Assembly (NCBI GenBank): GCA_037445535.1
Contig: JBBIKI010000005.1
Coordinates: 1 to 55,682 of the forward strand
DNA: 55,682 nucleotides
Direction: 5' to 3'
Source of the DNA: Acidobacteriota bacterium
GTDB taxonomy: Bacteria > Acidobacteriota > UBA4820 > DSQY01
A program made the translations under genes and the position numbers. Under the pieces are notes generated by a model. That model was given only the letters and a program-made list of their open reading frames with translations, made no database searches and was not told where the DNA came from. Below, one piece after another: positions 18,370 to 27,714 of the stretch (position 1 is the stretch's first letter; each line of letters opens with the position of its first letter).

Positions 18370-19365
18370 CTAACCGATGATGAATTTGAGCCCCCAGCTG
18401 ATGAGGCCCGCCATGAGCGCGGAGGCAGGCAAGGTCATGATCCACGCGGAGACGATCTGCTTGACGATGCTCCAGCGCACGCCCTTGAGGCCCTGGGACG
18501 ATCCAACGCCCATGATGGAGGAGGAGATCACGTGGGTCGTGGATACGGGGGCGCCGAAGGCGGTGGCGGCGAAGATGACCGCGGCCCCGGAGGTCTCCGC
18601 GGCGAAGCCGTGAACGGGCTGCAGGGTTAGCACCTTCCGGCCCACCGTCTTGATGATGCGCCATCCTCCCGCGGCCGTGCCAAGCCCCATGGACGTGGCG
18701 CAGGCGAGGATCACCCAGAAGGGAATGGGGAAGGCGCCCGCCTCGGGCACGACGAAGCCGCCGGCCACGAGGGCCATGGTAATGAGGCCCATGGTTTTCT
18801 GCGCGTCGTTCCCTCCATGTGAGAGGGCCATGAGAGAAGCGGAGACTACCTGGAAGATCCTGAACCAGCGGTTGAGTTTGCCGGGGGCCGTTCTGCGGAA
18901 GATCCAGTAGGTGACCACCATGGTGAGATTTCCCACGATGAAGCCGGCGATGGGGGAGAAGAGGAGGGCCAAAGCGATCAGCTTGAGCCCCGCCACGTGG
19001 AAGTTGCTGAAGCCGTGCCGGGCCACCACCGCCCCCACGATGCCGCCGATGAGCGCGTGGGACGAAGAGGAGGGGAGCCCTCTCCACCACGTGATGAGGT
19101 TCCAAATGATGGCGCCCAGGAGCGCGGCGAAGACGGTGGGAAGATCCACTTTGGAGGGATCCACGATCCCCTTGCCGATGGTCGTGGCCACGCCCTCGCT
19201 CATGAAAGCGCCGAGAAAGTTGAGGCTGGCGGCCAGCAAGATGGCCCAGGGGATTTTGAGGGCTCCGGTCAAGACCGTCGTGGCGATGGAGTTGGCCGTG
19301 TCGTGGAAGCCGTTGATGTAATCGAAAAGCAGGGCCGTGCTGACCAGGACCCAGATGAGCCACAT
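18370..19365 (-). CDS. PiT-family inorganic phosphate transporter
   Basis: NGFHDTANSIAT, GLPSSSSHAL, SHGGNDAQK, PVSTTH. Confidence 0.95.
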   Translation of the reverse strand: MWLIWVLVSTALLFDYINGFHDTANSIATTVLTGALKIPWAILLAASLNFLGAFMSEGVATTIGKGIVDPSKVDLPTVFAALLGAIIWNLITWWRGLPSSSSHALIGGIVGAVVARHGFSNFHVAGLKLIALALLFSPIAGFIVGNLTMVVTYWIFRRTAPGKLNRWFRIFQVVSASLMALSHGGNDAQKTMGLITMALVAGGFVVPEAGAFPIPFWVILACATSMGLGTAAGGWRIIKTVGRKVLTLQPVHGFAAETSGAAVIFAATAFGAPVSTTHVISSSIMGVGSSQGLKGVRWSIVKQIVSAWIMTLPASALMAGLISWGLKFIIG

Positions 19366-19366
19366 G

Positions 19367-19984
19367 CTAGCCGTTCTTCACGACGATGGTTTCGATGATG
19401 TTGGCCACGTCCTCGCACTTATCCATGGCCGACTCCATCCTCCCGTAAAGCTCCTTCAGCTTGATGAGGGTGATAGCGTCCGTCTGGAATTCGAAGAGGT
19501 CCGAAATGGCCTTCCGGCTTACGTCGTCGCCCAGGTTCTCGAAGCGCTTGATTTCCTTGCAGAAGTCCATGAGGTGGTCCAGGTGGCGAAGGGAGTGGAC
19601 CGCCAGGGCGATCTGCTCCGTCGCCTTGAGCAGCAGGTCGGCGAACTGCTTCATCTCGGGCGTGGGCTTGCTGATCTTGAAGAGGACCATTCGGCTGGCC
19701 AGCGCTTCGGCGTAATCCAGGATGTCGTCCAGGCCCGAGTTCAGGGCATAAATGTCGTCCCGGTCGATGGGGGTGACGAAGGACCGGTTGAGAGCTTCCA
19801 CCATGCGGTGGGTGAACTGGTCGCCCTCCAGCTCAACCTCTTTGATCTTTCTGGCCTTTGCCTCGGCGTTCGTGAAATCGTCGATCATTTCCTTGAATAG
19901 CCGGACGCCCTTGAGGACCACATCTACAGATTCGTTGAACATATCGAAGAAGCGTTCTTCGCGTGGAGCAAGGGAGAATCGCAT
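19367..19984 (-). CDS. DUF47 (PhoU-like) phosphate transport regulator
   Basis: E..GD...H, SFVTPIDRDDI, LDDILD, EN.GD, DKCEDVAN; canonical pairing with PiT. Confidence 0.92.
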   Translation of the reverse strand: MRFSLAPREERFFDMFNESVDVVLKGVRLFKEMIDDFTNAEAKARKIKEVELEGDQFTHRMVEALNRSFVTPIDRDDIYALNSGLDDILDYAEALASRMVLFKISKPTPEMKQFADLLLKATEQIALAVHSLRHLDHLMDFCKEIKRFENLGDDVSRKAISDLFEFQTDAITLIKLKELYGRMESAMDKCEDVANIIETIVVKNG

Positions 19985-20127
19985 CGTGCCCCTTCCTTTC
20001 AGCGTTCAGTGTGGGGAGTTGGAGAAGAATGGTCCCCCCGAACCAGGCGCTGATGTTACCAAAAGGAAATGAGAATGACAAGAAGGCGGACCGTCCGGGA
20101 GAAGTACATCTGAGGCCCTGAGCCGCT

Positions 20128-21378
20128 TCAACGATCCAGCCCTAGGGCCTTTTGCACCTCGGCCACGTCCGCCTCCTTGCCGCGGAGGGTGACCTTCACG
20201 CTCTCATCGCCGTAGATCTCGCGTAGCACCTTGAATCTCGTGCGGTAGGGGAGGAAATCGGGCCAGCGGTCGTAAGACACTACTAGGGTTTCGCCCTTGG
20301 CGGTGCGCCGGACGGCGCTCGCAAGGGTGGCCCTCAGGCCGTCCATTCCTTCGCCCGTGATGGCGGAGACGCAAAGGTGTTCGGGGTAGAGGCCGGAGGC
20401 GCGGGCCACGAAGCCTTCTGGCGCCTTGTCCACCTTGTTGAGCACCGTCAGCACGGGGATCGCTTCCATGGAGAGTTCGGCTAGGAGTTTAAGGGTCGTG
20501 GCGGCCTGTTCTTCAAAGGAGGGGTGGCTCACGTCCACGACGTGGAGGAGAAGGTCCGCCTCCTTCACCTGTTCCAATGTGGAGCGGAACGAGGCCACGA
20601 GGTGGTGGGGCAGCTTCCGCACGAAGCCTACCGTGTCGATGAGAAGGGCCTCCTGGGCCAGGCCGGGGAGGGGGAGGCGGCGGAAGGTCGTGTCCAAGGT
20701 CGCGAAGAGGCGGTTTTCCACCTTCACGTGGGCCGACGTGAGCCCGTTCATGAGGGACGATTTGCCCGCGTTCGTATAGCCCACGAGGGCCGCTTCGAAG
20801 GTGTCCCGGCGGCTTCGCCCCTGCACCTGGCGGTGGGCCGAAATATGCTTCAGTTCGTCCGTTAGACGAGCGATGCGCCGCCTGATCACACGCCGGTCCG
20901 TTTCGAGCTGGGTCTCGCCCACGCCGCGTGTACCGATGCCGCCCGCCTGCCTGGAAAGGTGGGTCCAGGCGCGGGTGAGGCGAGGCAGGAGGTACGTATA
21001 CTGAGCCAGTTCAACCTGCGTCTTGGCTTCCCGCGTCCTGGCCCGCCGGGCGAAAATGTCCAGGATGACTGACGTCCTGTCACAAACCCTGACACCCAGG
21101 GCCTTTTCGAGGTTCTTAACCTGGGCTGGAGAGAGTTCGTCGTCAAAGACCGCGAGCTTGATGCCCTCGCTCTTGCAGAGGGCCGCCACCTCTTCGGCCT
21201 TTCCCTTGCCGATGTACGTGGCGGGATCGAGACGGTCCCGGTCCTGGAGGACCCGGCTGCGCACTTCACCGCCCGCCGTCTCCACAAGAGCGGAGAGTTC
21301 GTCGAGGTATTCCTCCACCCTGTGGGAGGGCAGGTGAGGAAGGCTTACGCCCACAAGCACGGCGGGTTCCAAAGGCAT
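20128..21378 (-). CDS. hflX: GTPase HflX
   Basis: ILDIFARRARTREAK, GVGETQLETDRR, VGYTNAGKS, LFATLD, DTVGF, NKVD. Confidence 0.96.
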   Translation of the reverse strand: MPLEPAVLVGVSLPHLPSHRVEEYLDELSALVETAGGEVRSRVLQDRDRLDPATYIGKGKAEEVAALCKSEGIKLAVFDDELSPAQVKNLEKALGVRVCDRTSVILDIFARRARTREAKTQVELAQYTYLLPRLTRAWTHLSRQAGGIGTRGVGETQLETDRRVIRRRIARLTDELKHISAHRQVQGRSRRDTFEAALVGYTNAGKSSLMNGLTSAHVKVENRLFATLDTTFRRLPLPGLAQEALLIDTVGFVRKLPHHLVASFRSTLEQVKEADLLLHVVDVSHPSFEEQAATTLKLLAELSMEAIPVLTVLNKVDKAPEGFVARASGLYPEHLCVSAITGEGMDGLRATLASAVRRTAKGETLVVSYDRWPDFLPYRTRFKVLREIYGDESVKVTLRGKEADVAEVQKALGLDR

Positions 21379-21472
21379 ACGGTGCCACCTCCGGAGGAGA
21401 AGGTATCACAGGAACCGTTGCCCCTGCTTCGTGCGGCTTGCCAGCGGCGGCTCTCCGTGGTATCTTCGGGTC

Positions 21473-22204
21473 ATGACTGCAGAGTTGAGGCGCATTGTAG
21501 CGTCCAGCTTCCTCGCCCTCGCCCTAGCCCTGTCGTGTCCAGGGGCCGATGGGAACGTGGAGGCCAACCGCATCCGCCAGACGGCTTTGGAGACCATCCT
21601 CTCGGCCCGCCGGGCCATCCTCAAAACGAGAGTCTCTTATCTGGGCCAGGTGGACGGACAAATCCGAGATCTCATGGCCTCCGACTCCTCCGCCGGCGGT
21701 GATTCAGAGGCGCCCGACCCGGCACGGCTGCAAGACATGATCCGGCGCGGTGTTCGGCTCCAATACCTTGAATCGGAACGGGTTCGGACCCTGCAATCCA
21801 TGCAGGAGCTGACCACGGAAATGGCGGCCCTCCAGGCGGAGCTCGACCGGGTCCGCTCCTCCCTCGACAAGAGCCGGCAGATCATGGAAGGCCACTGGGT
21901 GGTGACGATCATGCCCATGGGCACAAGGGGCGACATCTTCGTGTCCCAGAACGGGACCATCCTGACGGGAGACTACACCCTGGATAACAGCCAGCACGGC
22001 AGCCTTCAGGGCCTCTTCGTGAAGGACCAAGTGGTCCTGGAACGCATCGACGCCACCTACGGCAAGATGGGGAGGTTCGAGGGAACCGTGTCCAAGGACC
22101 GCATGAGCGTCAAAGGCACCTGGTATAGCTACGACCTGGCCTCCGGCCAACCCGTGACGGGAGCCTTCACCATGGACAAGGTGCAGGAGGACCAGGCGCC
22201 GTGA
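21473..22204 (+). CDS. Hypothetical exported protein (signal peptide, coiled coil, C-terminal beta domain)
   Basis: RRIVASSFLALALALS signal-like segment and a heptad region; overlaps the downstream STAS gene by GTGA. Start is uncertain (21431 or 21473). Confidence 0.7.
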   Translation: MTAELRRIVASSFLALALALSCPGADGNVEANRIRQTALETILSARRAILKTRVSYLGQVDGQIRDLMASDSSAGGDSEAPDPARLQDMIRRGVRLQYLESERVRTLQSMQELTTEMAALQAELDRVRSSLDKSRQIMEGHWVVTIMPMGTRGDIFVSQNGTILTGDYTLDNSQHGSLQGLFVKDQVVLERIDATYGKMGRFEGTVSKDRMSVKGTWYSYDLASGQPVTGAFTMDKVQEDQAP

Positions 22205-22548
22205 AAATCGTCAAGAAGGTCATCGACAACACCGTCATCGTCCTGGACATCACGGGAGACGTAAGGCTGGGGGAATCGGCCGAGCGCCTCAGCGAAGAGC
22301 TGGCGAAACTCCTGGCGGACGAGGCCGTGGAGGGCGTCATCTTGGACCTTGAAAACATCAACTATATGGATTCCACGGGATTGGGCGAACTGGTGGGCTA
22401 CCTGGGCAGGTTTCAAGGGTCCGGCAAGCGCCTCAAGCTCGTGAATCCCAACAACACGATCATCAAGCTCCTCCAGTTGACCCGTTTGGATCAGGTATTC
22501 AAGGTCTACACCTCAGAAGAGAAGGCCTTGGAAGATATGTTGGCTTAA
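22201..22548 (+). CDS. STAS-domain anti-sigma factor antagonist
   Basis: LDITGDV...VILDLENINYMDSTGLGELV with the conserved phosphorylatable Ser; LLQLTRLDQVF. Confidence 0.92.
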   Translation: MKIVKKVIDNTVIVLDITGDVRLGESAERLSEELAKLLADEAVEGVILDLENINYMDSTGLGELVGYLGRFQGSGKRLKLVNPNNTIIKLLQLTRLDQVFKVYTSEEKALEDMLA

Positions 22549-22569
22549 ACTTCCCGTGGGGTACCCCCG

Positions 22570-23772
22570 ATGGCGCTCCTGAACCACGTGACGCGGGAAA
22601 TCACGGCCAAGGTCGTCTATTACGGTCCTGGGCTGTGCGGCAAGACCACCAACCTGAGCTTCATCTACGAAAGCACGGAAGAAGAACAACGGAGCAAGAT
22701 GCTCTCCCTCTCCACGGAGGCGGATCGCACTCTCTTCTTCGATTTTCTCCCACTCGACCTTGGAACGATGCGCGGATTCAAGGTGCGGGTGCAGCTTTAC
22801 ACCGTTCCCGGACAAGTCTTTTACGAGGAAACGAGGAAACGCGTCCTCAAGGGCTGCGACGGAGTCGTCTTTGTGGCCGACAGCCAGCGAAGGATGGCCG
22901 AGGCGAACATCGAGGCCCTCCAACAGCTCCACCAGCACCTCAAGGAAAATGGCTTAAGGTTCGAGGACGTACCCCTCGTTTTGCAGTACAACAAGCGGGA
23001 CCTGGGCGATCTGCTCACGGTGGAAGAACTGGACCGCGACCTCAATCCCTGGAACGCGCCCTTTTTCGAGGCCATCGCCAACGAGGGCATCGGGGTGGAA
23101 GACACCCTCACGGCGATCATGCGCCTCGTCTTGAAAAATCTGCTGAGCAAGGGAGTCGGCCCCGGACAGGAAACGGACCGCGCCTCGGAAGAGGAGCCCT
23201 CTTTGAGGGGAGAGGCCATCGCCGTTGATGACTCGGAGCCCCTTTTCGCCGCCGGCGAGGCGCCCGAGCTTAGCACCGCCGCGGAAACCGGCATCCTCTT
23301 TCAAGAAGACCGGTCCGGCGAAACTCAATCCATGCCTTTTCCAGAATCCCGCCCCACCCCGGCCTCGCTTTCCGCTCGGTCTCCCATCGGCGGCGATCCC
23401 GAGTGGCTGTTCTCGGAGGCGGGGGAGGAGACGGGGACTCTCCTGCGCCAGGACGACGGCCTCGCCGCGTTGGCTGAGGCACCGGCCGTCCAGGAGGAGC
23501 CCTTCCGCTCGGCGACGGTTCATCCGGGGATTCGGGCCCTCGAGCAGGAATTCCTCCGGGCGCGGGAGGAGCGTCTCCCGGAACCGGCCCCGGTGATAGA
23601 GAAGCCCGTAGTGTCTCAACCTACTGCCAGCCTCCAAGTCCAGGCCCCCGTTGTCGCTCCGAGCCTTCAGCTCAAGCCGGGGGAGCCCCTTCTGGTGGCC
23701 CTTGATCTGGGTGGCAGATTCTACCGCCTTCGGATAGATCTCGAACCCCTGCCGTCCGACCCGGACGCATAA
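22570..23772 (+). CDS. MglA-family small GTPase with an approximately 200-aa acidic C-terminal extension
   Basis: KVVYYGPGLCGKTTNL, DRTLFFDF, LYTVPGQVFY, DGVVFVADS, QYNKRD. Confidence 0.9.
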   Translation: MALLNHVTREITAKVVYYGPGLCGKTTNLSFIYESTEEEQRSKMLSLSTEADRTLFFDFLPLDLGTMRGFKVRVQLYTVPGQVFYEETRKRVLKGCDGVVFVADSQRRMAEANIEALQQLHQHLKENGLRFEDVPLVLQYNKRDLGDLLTVEELDRDLNPWNAPFFEAIANEGIGVEDTLTAIMRLVLKNLLSKGVGPGQETDRASEEEPSLRGEAIAVDDSEPLFAAGEAPELSTAAETGILFQEDRSGETQSMPFPESRPTPASLSARSPIGGDPEWLFSEAGEETGTLLRQDDGLAALAEAPAVQEEPFRSATVHPGIRALEQEFLRAREERLPEPAPVIEKPVVSQPTASLQVQAPVVAPSLQLKPGEPLLVALDLGGRFYRLRIDLEPLPSDPDA

Positions 23773-23834
23773 GGGGGCGGTTCACCCGCTCCCCAGGCAG
23801 CCCGGCTTGTCTTATTTGACGCTGATTTTGGGGC

Positions 23835-24305
23835 TCAAACGTCCATGGGTTCGACGCCTTGCTCTTCACCCGAGCCCGGTTGAGCTTCGGGAGGCGGAGA
23901 GGGGCTGTTGGCGCCGGGGCCGGCTTCGAGCACAAGCCGCTGGTCTCCGGCCACGAGAACGGCCGCCGTGACTTTCCACGAGTCGCCCGGCTTCTTCATC
24001 AAGTCCACTTCCGCCGTGCCTTCGCTCTTCTCTCCGCGGAGCGTGATCAGCAGGTGGGCCTTGCCCTCGCCGTTGATCAGGGTTTGGGAGCCGCTCGGGA
24101 GCGTTCCGAAGGACCGGACGGTGCCCAGGTGTGCAACCACCACGGGGTTCTTTCTCAGAAAGTCCTCGGCCGCTTCGGTGGCCCCGCCGTGGGACCACCA
24201 CCTCAAGGGAGTCAGCACGGCGCCCACGATGCAGATCAAACAAAACCCGACGATGCTCAAAGCGCTCAGCACCGCGGCCAACATCCACTTTTCGGAAGAT
24301 TTCAC
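23835..24305 (-). CDS. Membrane-anchored protein, Coa1-like (cytochrome oxidase assembly factor 1 family) domain
   Basis: GTG 24305 after an AAGGAG RBS; one N-terminal TM helix, then A..FLRKNPVVVAHLG...GKAHLLITLRGEKSEGTA...W, resembling bacterial Coa1-like domains. Confidence 0.6.
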   Translation of the reverse strand: MKSSEKWMLAAVLSALSIVGFCLICIVGAVLTPLRWWSHGGATEAAEDFLRKNPVVVAHLGTVRSFGTLPSGSQTLINGEGKAHLLITLRGEKSEGTAEVDLMKKPGDSWKVTAAVLVAGDQRLVLEAGPGANSPSPPPEAQPGSGEEQGVEPMDV

Positions 24306-24354
24306 CAGGCCCCGCTCCTTTAATGTTCTATAAGACCAGACGCCGCCCAACGGG

Positions 24355-25503
24355 TCAAGGTCGGGCGAGGCCGTCTTTCCACGAGCCCGCCTCTTCCGCC
24401 GCACGAAGGTCCTGGCCGAATACCCTGTCGAAGACCTTACGCGTGCCACGTGGAAAGGCGAGTTGGTCCGCCTCCCCCAGGCGAATCCACCTCATGGGCA
24501 GCGGGGTGGCGGGCTCCTGGTTAGCCGGAAGGGTACAAAGAAATGGATGGAGCCGAACGGCGAAATGGGTGTAGGCATGGGAGACGGGGGTGAATGCGAC
24601 TTCTATCCGAACAGCCACTCCGAGCTCCTCCATTAACTCGCGCCGCAAGGCCTGGAGCGCCCCTTCCCCTTCCTCCAATTTGCCGCCGGGCAATTCCCAA
24701 AGCCCGCCCAGAAACCCCTCGGAAGGACGCCGGGTCACAAGAAAGCGCCCGCGCTTGAGGATGATGGCCACGGACACGTGTACGAGCGGTTTGGCGCGGG
24801 CAGCTTTGGGAGGCGGGAACTTCTGGGGATCGCCGGAGTAGAAGGCGGCGCAGTGGCCTGACAGGGGGCAACCTCCGCACTGAGGAGAATGAGGCGTGCA
24901 TAAGGTGGCGCCCAGTTCCATCAAGGCCTGGTTCATGAGCCCCGGGTTGCCCTCCCTGAGGATCGCCTCGGAGAGGGCCCACAGGTGCGCCTCACAGCTT
25001 GAGCTGCCCCGCCGCAAGGCGCCCAATCGCCACCAAACCCGGCGGACGTTTCCGTCCAGGATGGGCGCCCTCGCGCCGAACGCGAAGGAAGCGATAGCTC
25101 CCGCCGTGCTCCTGCCCACCCCGGGAAGCTCCATGAGACCCTTCACGTCTCGCGGCCACGCGCCCAGTCCCGCGACGGCTTTCGCCGCGGGAATGAGGCA
25201 GCGTGCACGGCGGTAGTACCCGAGGCCCTCCCAGGCTTTGAGGACGTCCTCTTCGCGGGCCAGGGCCAGGGCTTCCACACCGGGAAAACGCTCCATGAAC
25301 GGCTCGAAGTACTTCAGAACCGTAACCACCTGCGTCTGCTGAAGCATGATCTCGCTCAGCCATATTTTGTAGGGATCGCTCGTGTTTCGCCAGGGCAAGT
25401 TCCGGTGGCCCGCGCTGTACCAACGCGTCAGGATAGGGCGGAGGACCGGGAGGCGAGCCGCGAGGCAGGACGTGCCCCTCCGCGGCCGGCCTTCAGGTGG
25501 CAT
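24355..25503 (-). CDS. mutY: A/G-specific adenine glycosylase MutY with an intact C-terminal Nudix (MutT-like) box
   Basis: WLSEIMLQQTQV, WEGLGYYRRAR, HhH LPGVGRSTAGAI, DGNVRRV, FeS motif CTPHSPQCGGCPLSGHC, Nudix GGKLEEGEGALQALRRELMEELG. Start is approximate. Confidence 0.93.
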   Translation of the reverse strand: MPPEGRPRRGTSCLAARLPVLRPILTRWYSAGHRNLPWRNTSDPYKIWLSEIMLQQTQVVTVLKYFEPFMERFPGVEALALAREEDVLKAWEGLGYYRRARCLIPAAKAVAGLGAWPRDVKGLMELPGVGRSTAGAIASFAFGARAPILDGNVRRVWWRLGALRRGSSSCEAHLWALSEAILREGNPGLMNQALMELGATLCTPHSPQCGGCPLSGHCAAFYSGDPQKFPPPKAARAKPLVHVSVAIILKRGRFLVTRRPSEGFLGGLWELPGGKLEEGEGALQALRRELMEELGVAVRIEVAFTPVSHAYTHFAVRLHPFLCTLPANQEPATPLPMRWIRLGEADQLAFPRGTRKVFDRVFGQDLRAAEEAGSWKDGLARP

Positions 25504-27079
25504 GTCTGAGGGCAAGGCGGCGGGCCTCGAAGAAGAGAGGATCTTTCTGGGTGAAAGCGTATCGTTTCAGGTCCGCCGCGGAGAGACGGCCTGCGTCGTA
25601 CAAGCGGTGGATATCGTCGCCTAGGGTGCGGCCGATCTGCTCGGAGAGGGAAAAGGCGCTCTTCATGTCCGTCCCCAGGAGGTGGGACAATCCCGCTGCC
25701 ACGGCGCCGTTCGCCAGCCGGACGGCACCGAAAAACTCCAGGACGCCCCCATACACTTGGATTTGCCGCCACAGCTTCCTCCGGTCCGATTCACACTGGA
25801 GCAGAGGGTAATCTTTCACGGCACGCTCCATCTCCAACAGAGTCGGGGAATGCCGCATGGGATTCACCATCTTGGACGCGATGTAGCCGCTGGCAAAGTA
25901 GTGAATCCTCGCCATGAAGGCGTTAAAGGTTTGCCCAACGGGCAATGGGGCACCCATGAGATAGTGCATCGTTTCCTGGACGGTCCGGTTTACATCCAGC
26001 ATGGGCAGGTAGATCGTCTTGTCCTGATGGACGTAAAGGGGGCGGCCATCCAGAATCATGGCCTTGTACACGCGTCCAAGGCGGGTTAGAAAGAAAGAAT
26101 GTCTTAGGAAAGACAGGTCTTTGTACAAGTAAACCTGATAATCATCGTCGGTTTTCAAGTGCAAACCGAAATAGTCCTTCAGGACCTTGACGTACCTAGC
26201 AACCGTATCGGAGAGATCGATCTCCTCGCCTGACCAGGATCTCGTTGCCCTGCGATGGCCGTAAAGCATATTGAGGACCTCACCGCCGTGTTCCAGCCAA
26301 GTAAGGAAGGTTTGCATTTTCACGGGAGGCGGGGTGTTGTTGTTCAAATATCTGCCCTTGCCCAAACTCCACCATCCGAAAGGATCTTGCCGCGCCGCAA
26401 GCTTCCGCATGAAGACCGCTTCGCTATTTTGGAACAGGACGGGGCCATGCAAGCCGAAGCGCGTCAGCTCGGCGGGCAGGTGGCCCGAGGCGAGGTGGAG
26501 GTCACCTACCTGGACGAGGAGGGTCCGAGTGGGGTAGGCCTTGACGAGATCTTGGATCCGTTCGGCCATGAGCGCGTCGCGTCTGGCCAAGGACCCCTCG
26601 CGGTTGAGCCCGCGTATCATGAGGCCCTCTTCTCTGGCGTGATCGAAGATGGGTTTGTAGTGCGAAAAATCGAAGCCCCAATGTTTGATATAGTCCAGCT
26701 CACCCAAGAACCCGGCCTCGTCCAGGCGCCCATTGAGGTAGCGCGCGATGGCCTTGTCGTGATGGACGTTTACCATCTCCAAGACGACGATGGGCCGGGC
26801 CCCCAAGGCGGCGAACTCCTTGAGGAGACGGAGGAAGATATGCTGGGCTTGGTCCAGGGTGTGGAAGTCACCCACGAGCACGAGTGGAGAAGCGACCCCT
26901 GCCGCTAGGAAGTTCTCCTGGAGAACCGGCCGCGTCCAGCAGTGTTCCAACTCGCGGGAGTAGGGGCGGTAATAGGCTGCCACTTCTTCGTCCTCGGGTC
27001 CTTGCACTTCGCGGATTTGGCGCTTGATGGACCGGAGGAGGCGGCGGGTGAGACGCAGATCCACGGATCGGTAATGCAC
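25493..27079 (-). CDS. ChaN/EreA(Tiki)-superfamily domain protein with an unknown C-terminal region
   Basis: VLVGDFH, VVLEMV, WGFDFSHYKPIF, RDALMAERI, VGDLHL. Likely GTG start at 27079 after GAGGGGG. Confidence 0.65.
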   Translation of the reverse strand: MHYRSVDLRLTRRLLRSIKRQIREVQGPEDEEVAAYYRPYSRELEHCWTRPVLQENFLAAGVASPLVLVGDFHTLDQAQHIFLRLLKEFAALGARPIVVLEMVNVHHDKAIARYLNGRLDEAGFLGELDYIKHWGFDFSHYKPIFDHAREEGLMIRGLNREGSLARRDALMAERIQDLVKAYPTRTLLVQVGDLHLASGHLPAELTRFGLHGPVLFQNSEAVFMRKLAARQDPFGWWSLGKGRYLNNNTPPPVKMQTFLTWLEHGGEVLNMLYGHRRATRSWSGEEIDLSDTVARYVKVLKDYFGLHLKTDDDYQVYLYKDLSFLRHSFFLTRLGRVYKAMILDGRPLYVHQDKTIYLPMLDVNRTVQETMHYLMGAPLPVGQTFNAFMARIHYFASGYIASKMVNPMRHSPTLLEMERAVKDYPLLQCESDRRKLWRQIQVYGGVLEFFGAVRLANGAVAAGLSHLLGTDMKSAFSLSEQIGRTLGDDIHRLYDAGRLSAADLKRYAFTQKDPLFFEARRLALRHAT

Positions 27080-27165
27080 TGGGCCCCCCTCATGGGAGAC
27101 GAAAGTGTAGCATGGGCGTCCGTGGGGCTCCGTACCCGATGGGACCGAGCCCATGGCGCGCGCCC

Positions 27166-27199
27166 TTGACAGGGATTTGGGCCGATGATAAATTATAAT
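27166..27199 (+). promoter_or_regulatory. Sigma70 promoter of the rrf2-suf operon
   Basis: TTGACA (27166-71)-N17-TAAATT (27189-94) with an extended -10 TG; an overlapping TATAAT at 27194-99. Confidence 0.8.
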
Positions 27200-27201
27200 C
27201 T

Positions 27202-27230
27202 CAATTGTGGACATTAGATATCCACAATTG
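27202..27230. promoter_or_regulatory. Palindromic operator, probable Rrf2 binding site
   Basis: CAATTGTGGA-cattagata-TCCACAATTG: perfect 10-bp arms right after the predicted transcription start and before the rrf2 RBS. Confidence 0.75.
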
Positions 27231-27252
27231 TGTTGGCAGAGAGGAGTTGCTC

Positions 27253-27714
27253 ATGCAACTGAGCAAGACATTCGATTACGCCATTAGGAGCCTGGTCTAC
27301 CTGGCCAAGCTTCCGCAGGGCCAGGCGGCGGAACTTCGCGCCATCTCCCTCTCACAGAGCGTTCCCATGTCCTACCTGGCGAAGGTCATGCGCCATCTGG
27401 TCCGAGGTGGCCTGGTGACGTCCATCCTCGGGCGCGACGGCGGTTACAGCCTTCGGAAGAGTCCCCGGGACATAACGCTACTCCAGGTTTACGAAATCAT
27501 GGAAGGGGAGCTCCGGTTCGTGGAGTGCATGGAAAGCGACCGGAACTGCTCCCTCTTCAACGGCTGCACCCAGGCCACGGTCTGGAGACGCCTCAGGCAA
27601 GCGGTGGAGGGCATCTTCAGGGAGACGACCCTGGAGGACCTCCTTCCCAAGAACCCGGGCGAAAGCGTCCCAACACCCATCAAGGAGAGTGGTTATGCCC
27701 GAGCTGGCGCTTGA
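27253..27714 (+). CDS. Rrf2-family (IscR/SufR-like) transcriptional regulator
   Basis: DYAIRSLVYLA, SYLAKVM, GLVTSILGRDGGYSL, three Cys (CMESDRNCSLFNGC); GAGGAG RBS before ATG 27253. Confidence 0.92.
   Translation: MQLSKTFDYAIRSLVYLAKLPQGQAAELRAISLSQSVPMSYLAKVMRHLVRGGLVTSILGRDGGYSLRKSPRDITLLQVYEIMEGELRFVECMESDRNCSLFNGCTQATVWRRLRQAVEGIFRETTLEDLLPKNPGESVPTPIKESGYARAGA

Noticed and set aside
20063-20092. Pho-box-like TGTCAT...GTAACAT upstream of DUF47-PiT
   Set aside because: Only weak half-sites 22 bp apart with no middle repeat; not enough support.
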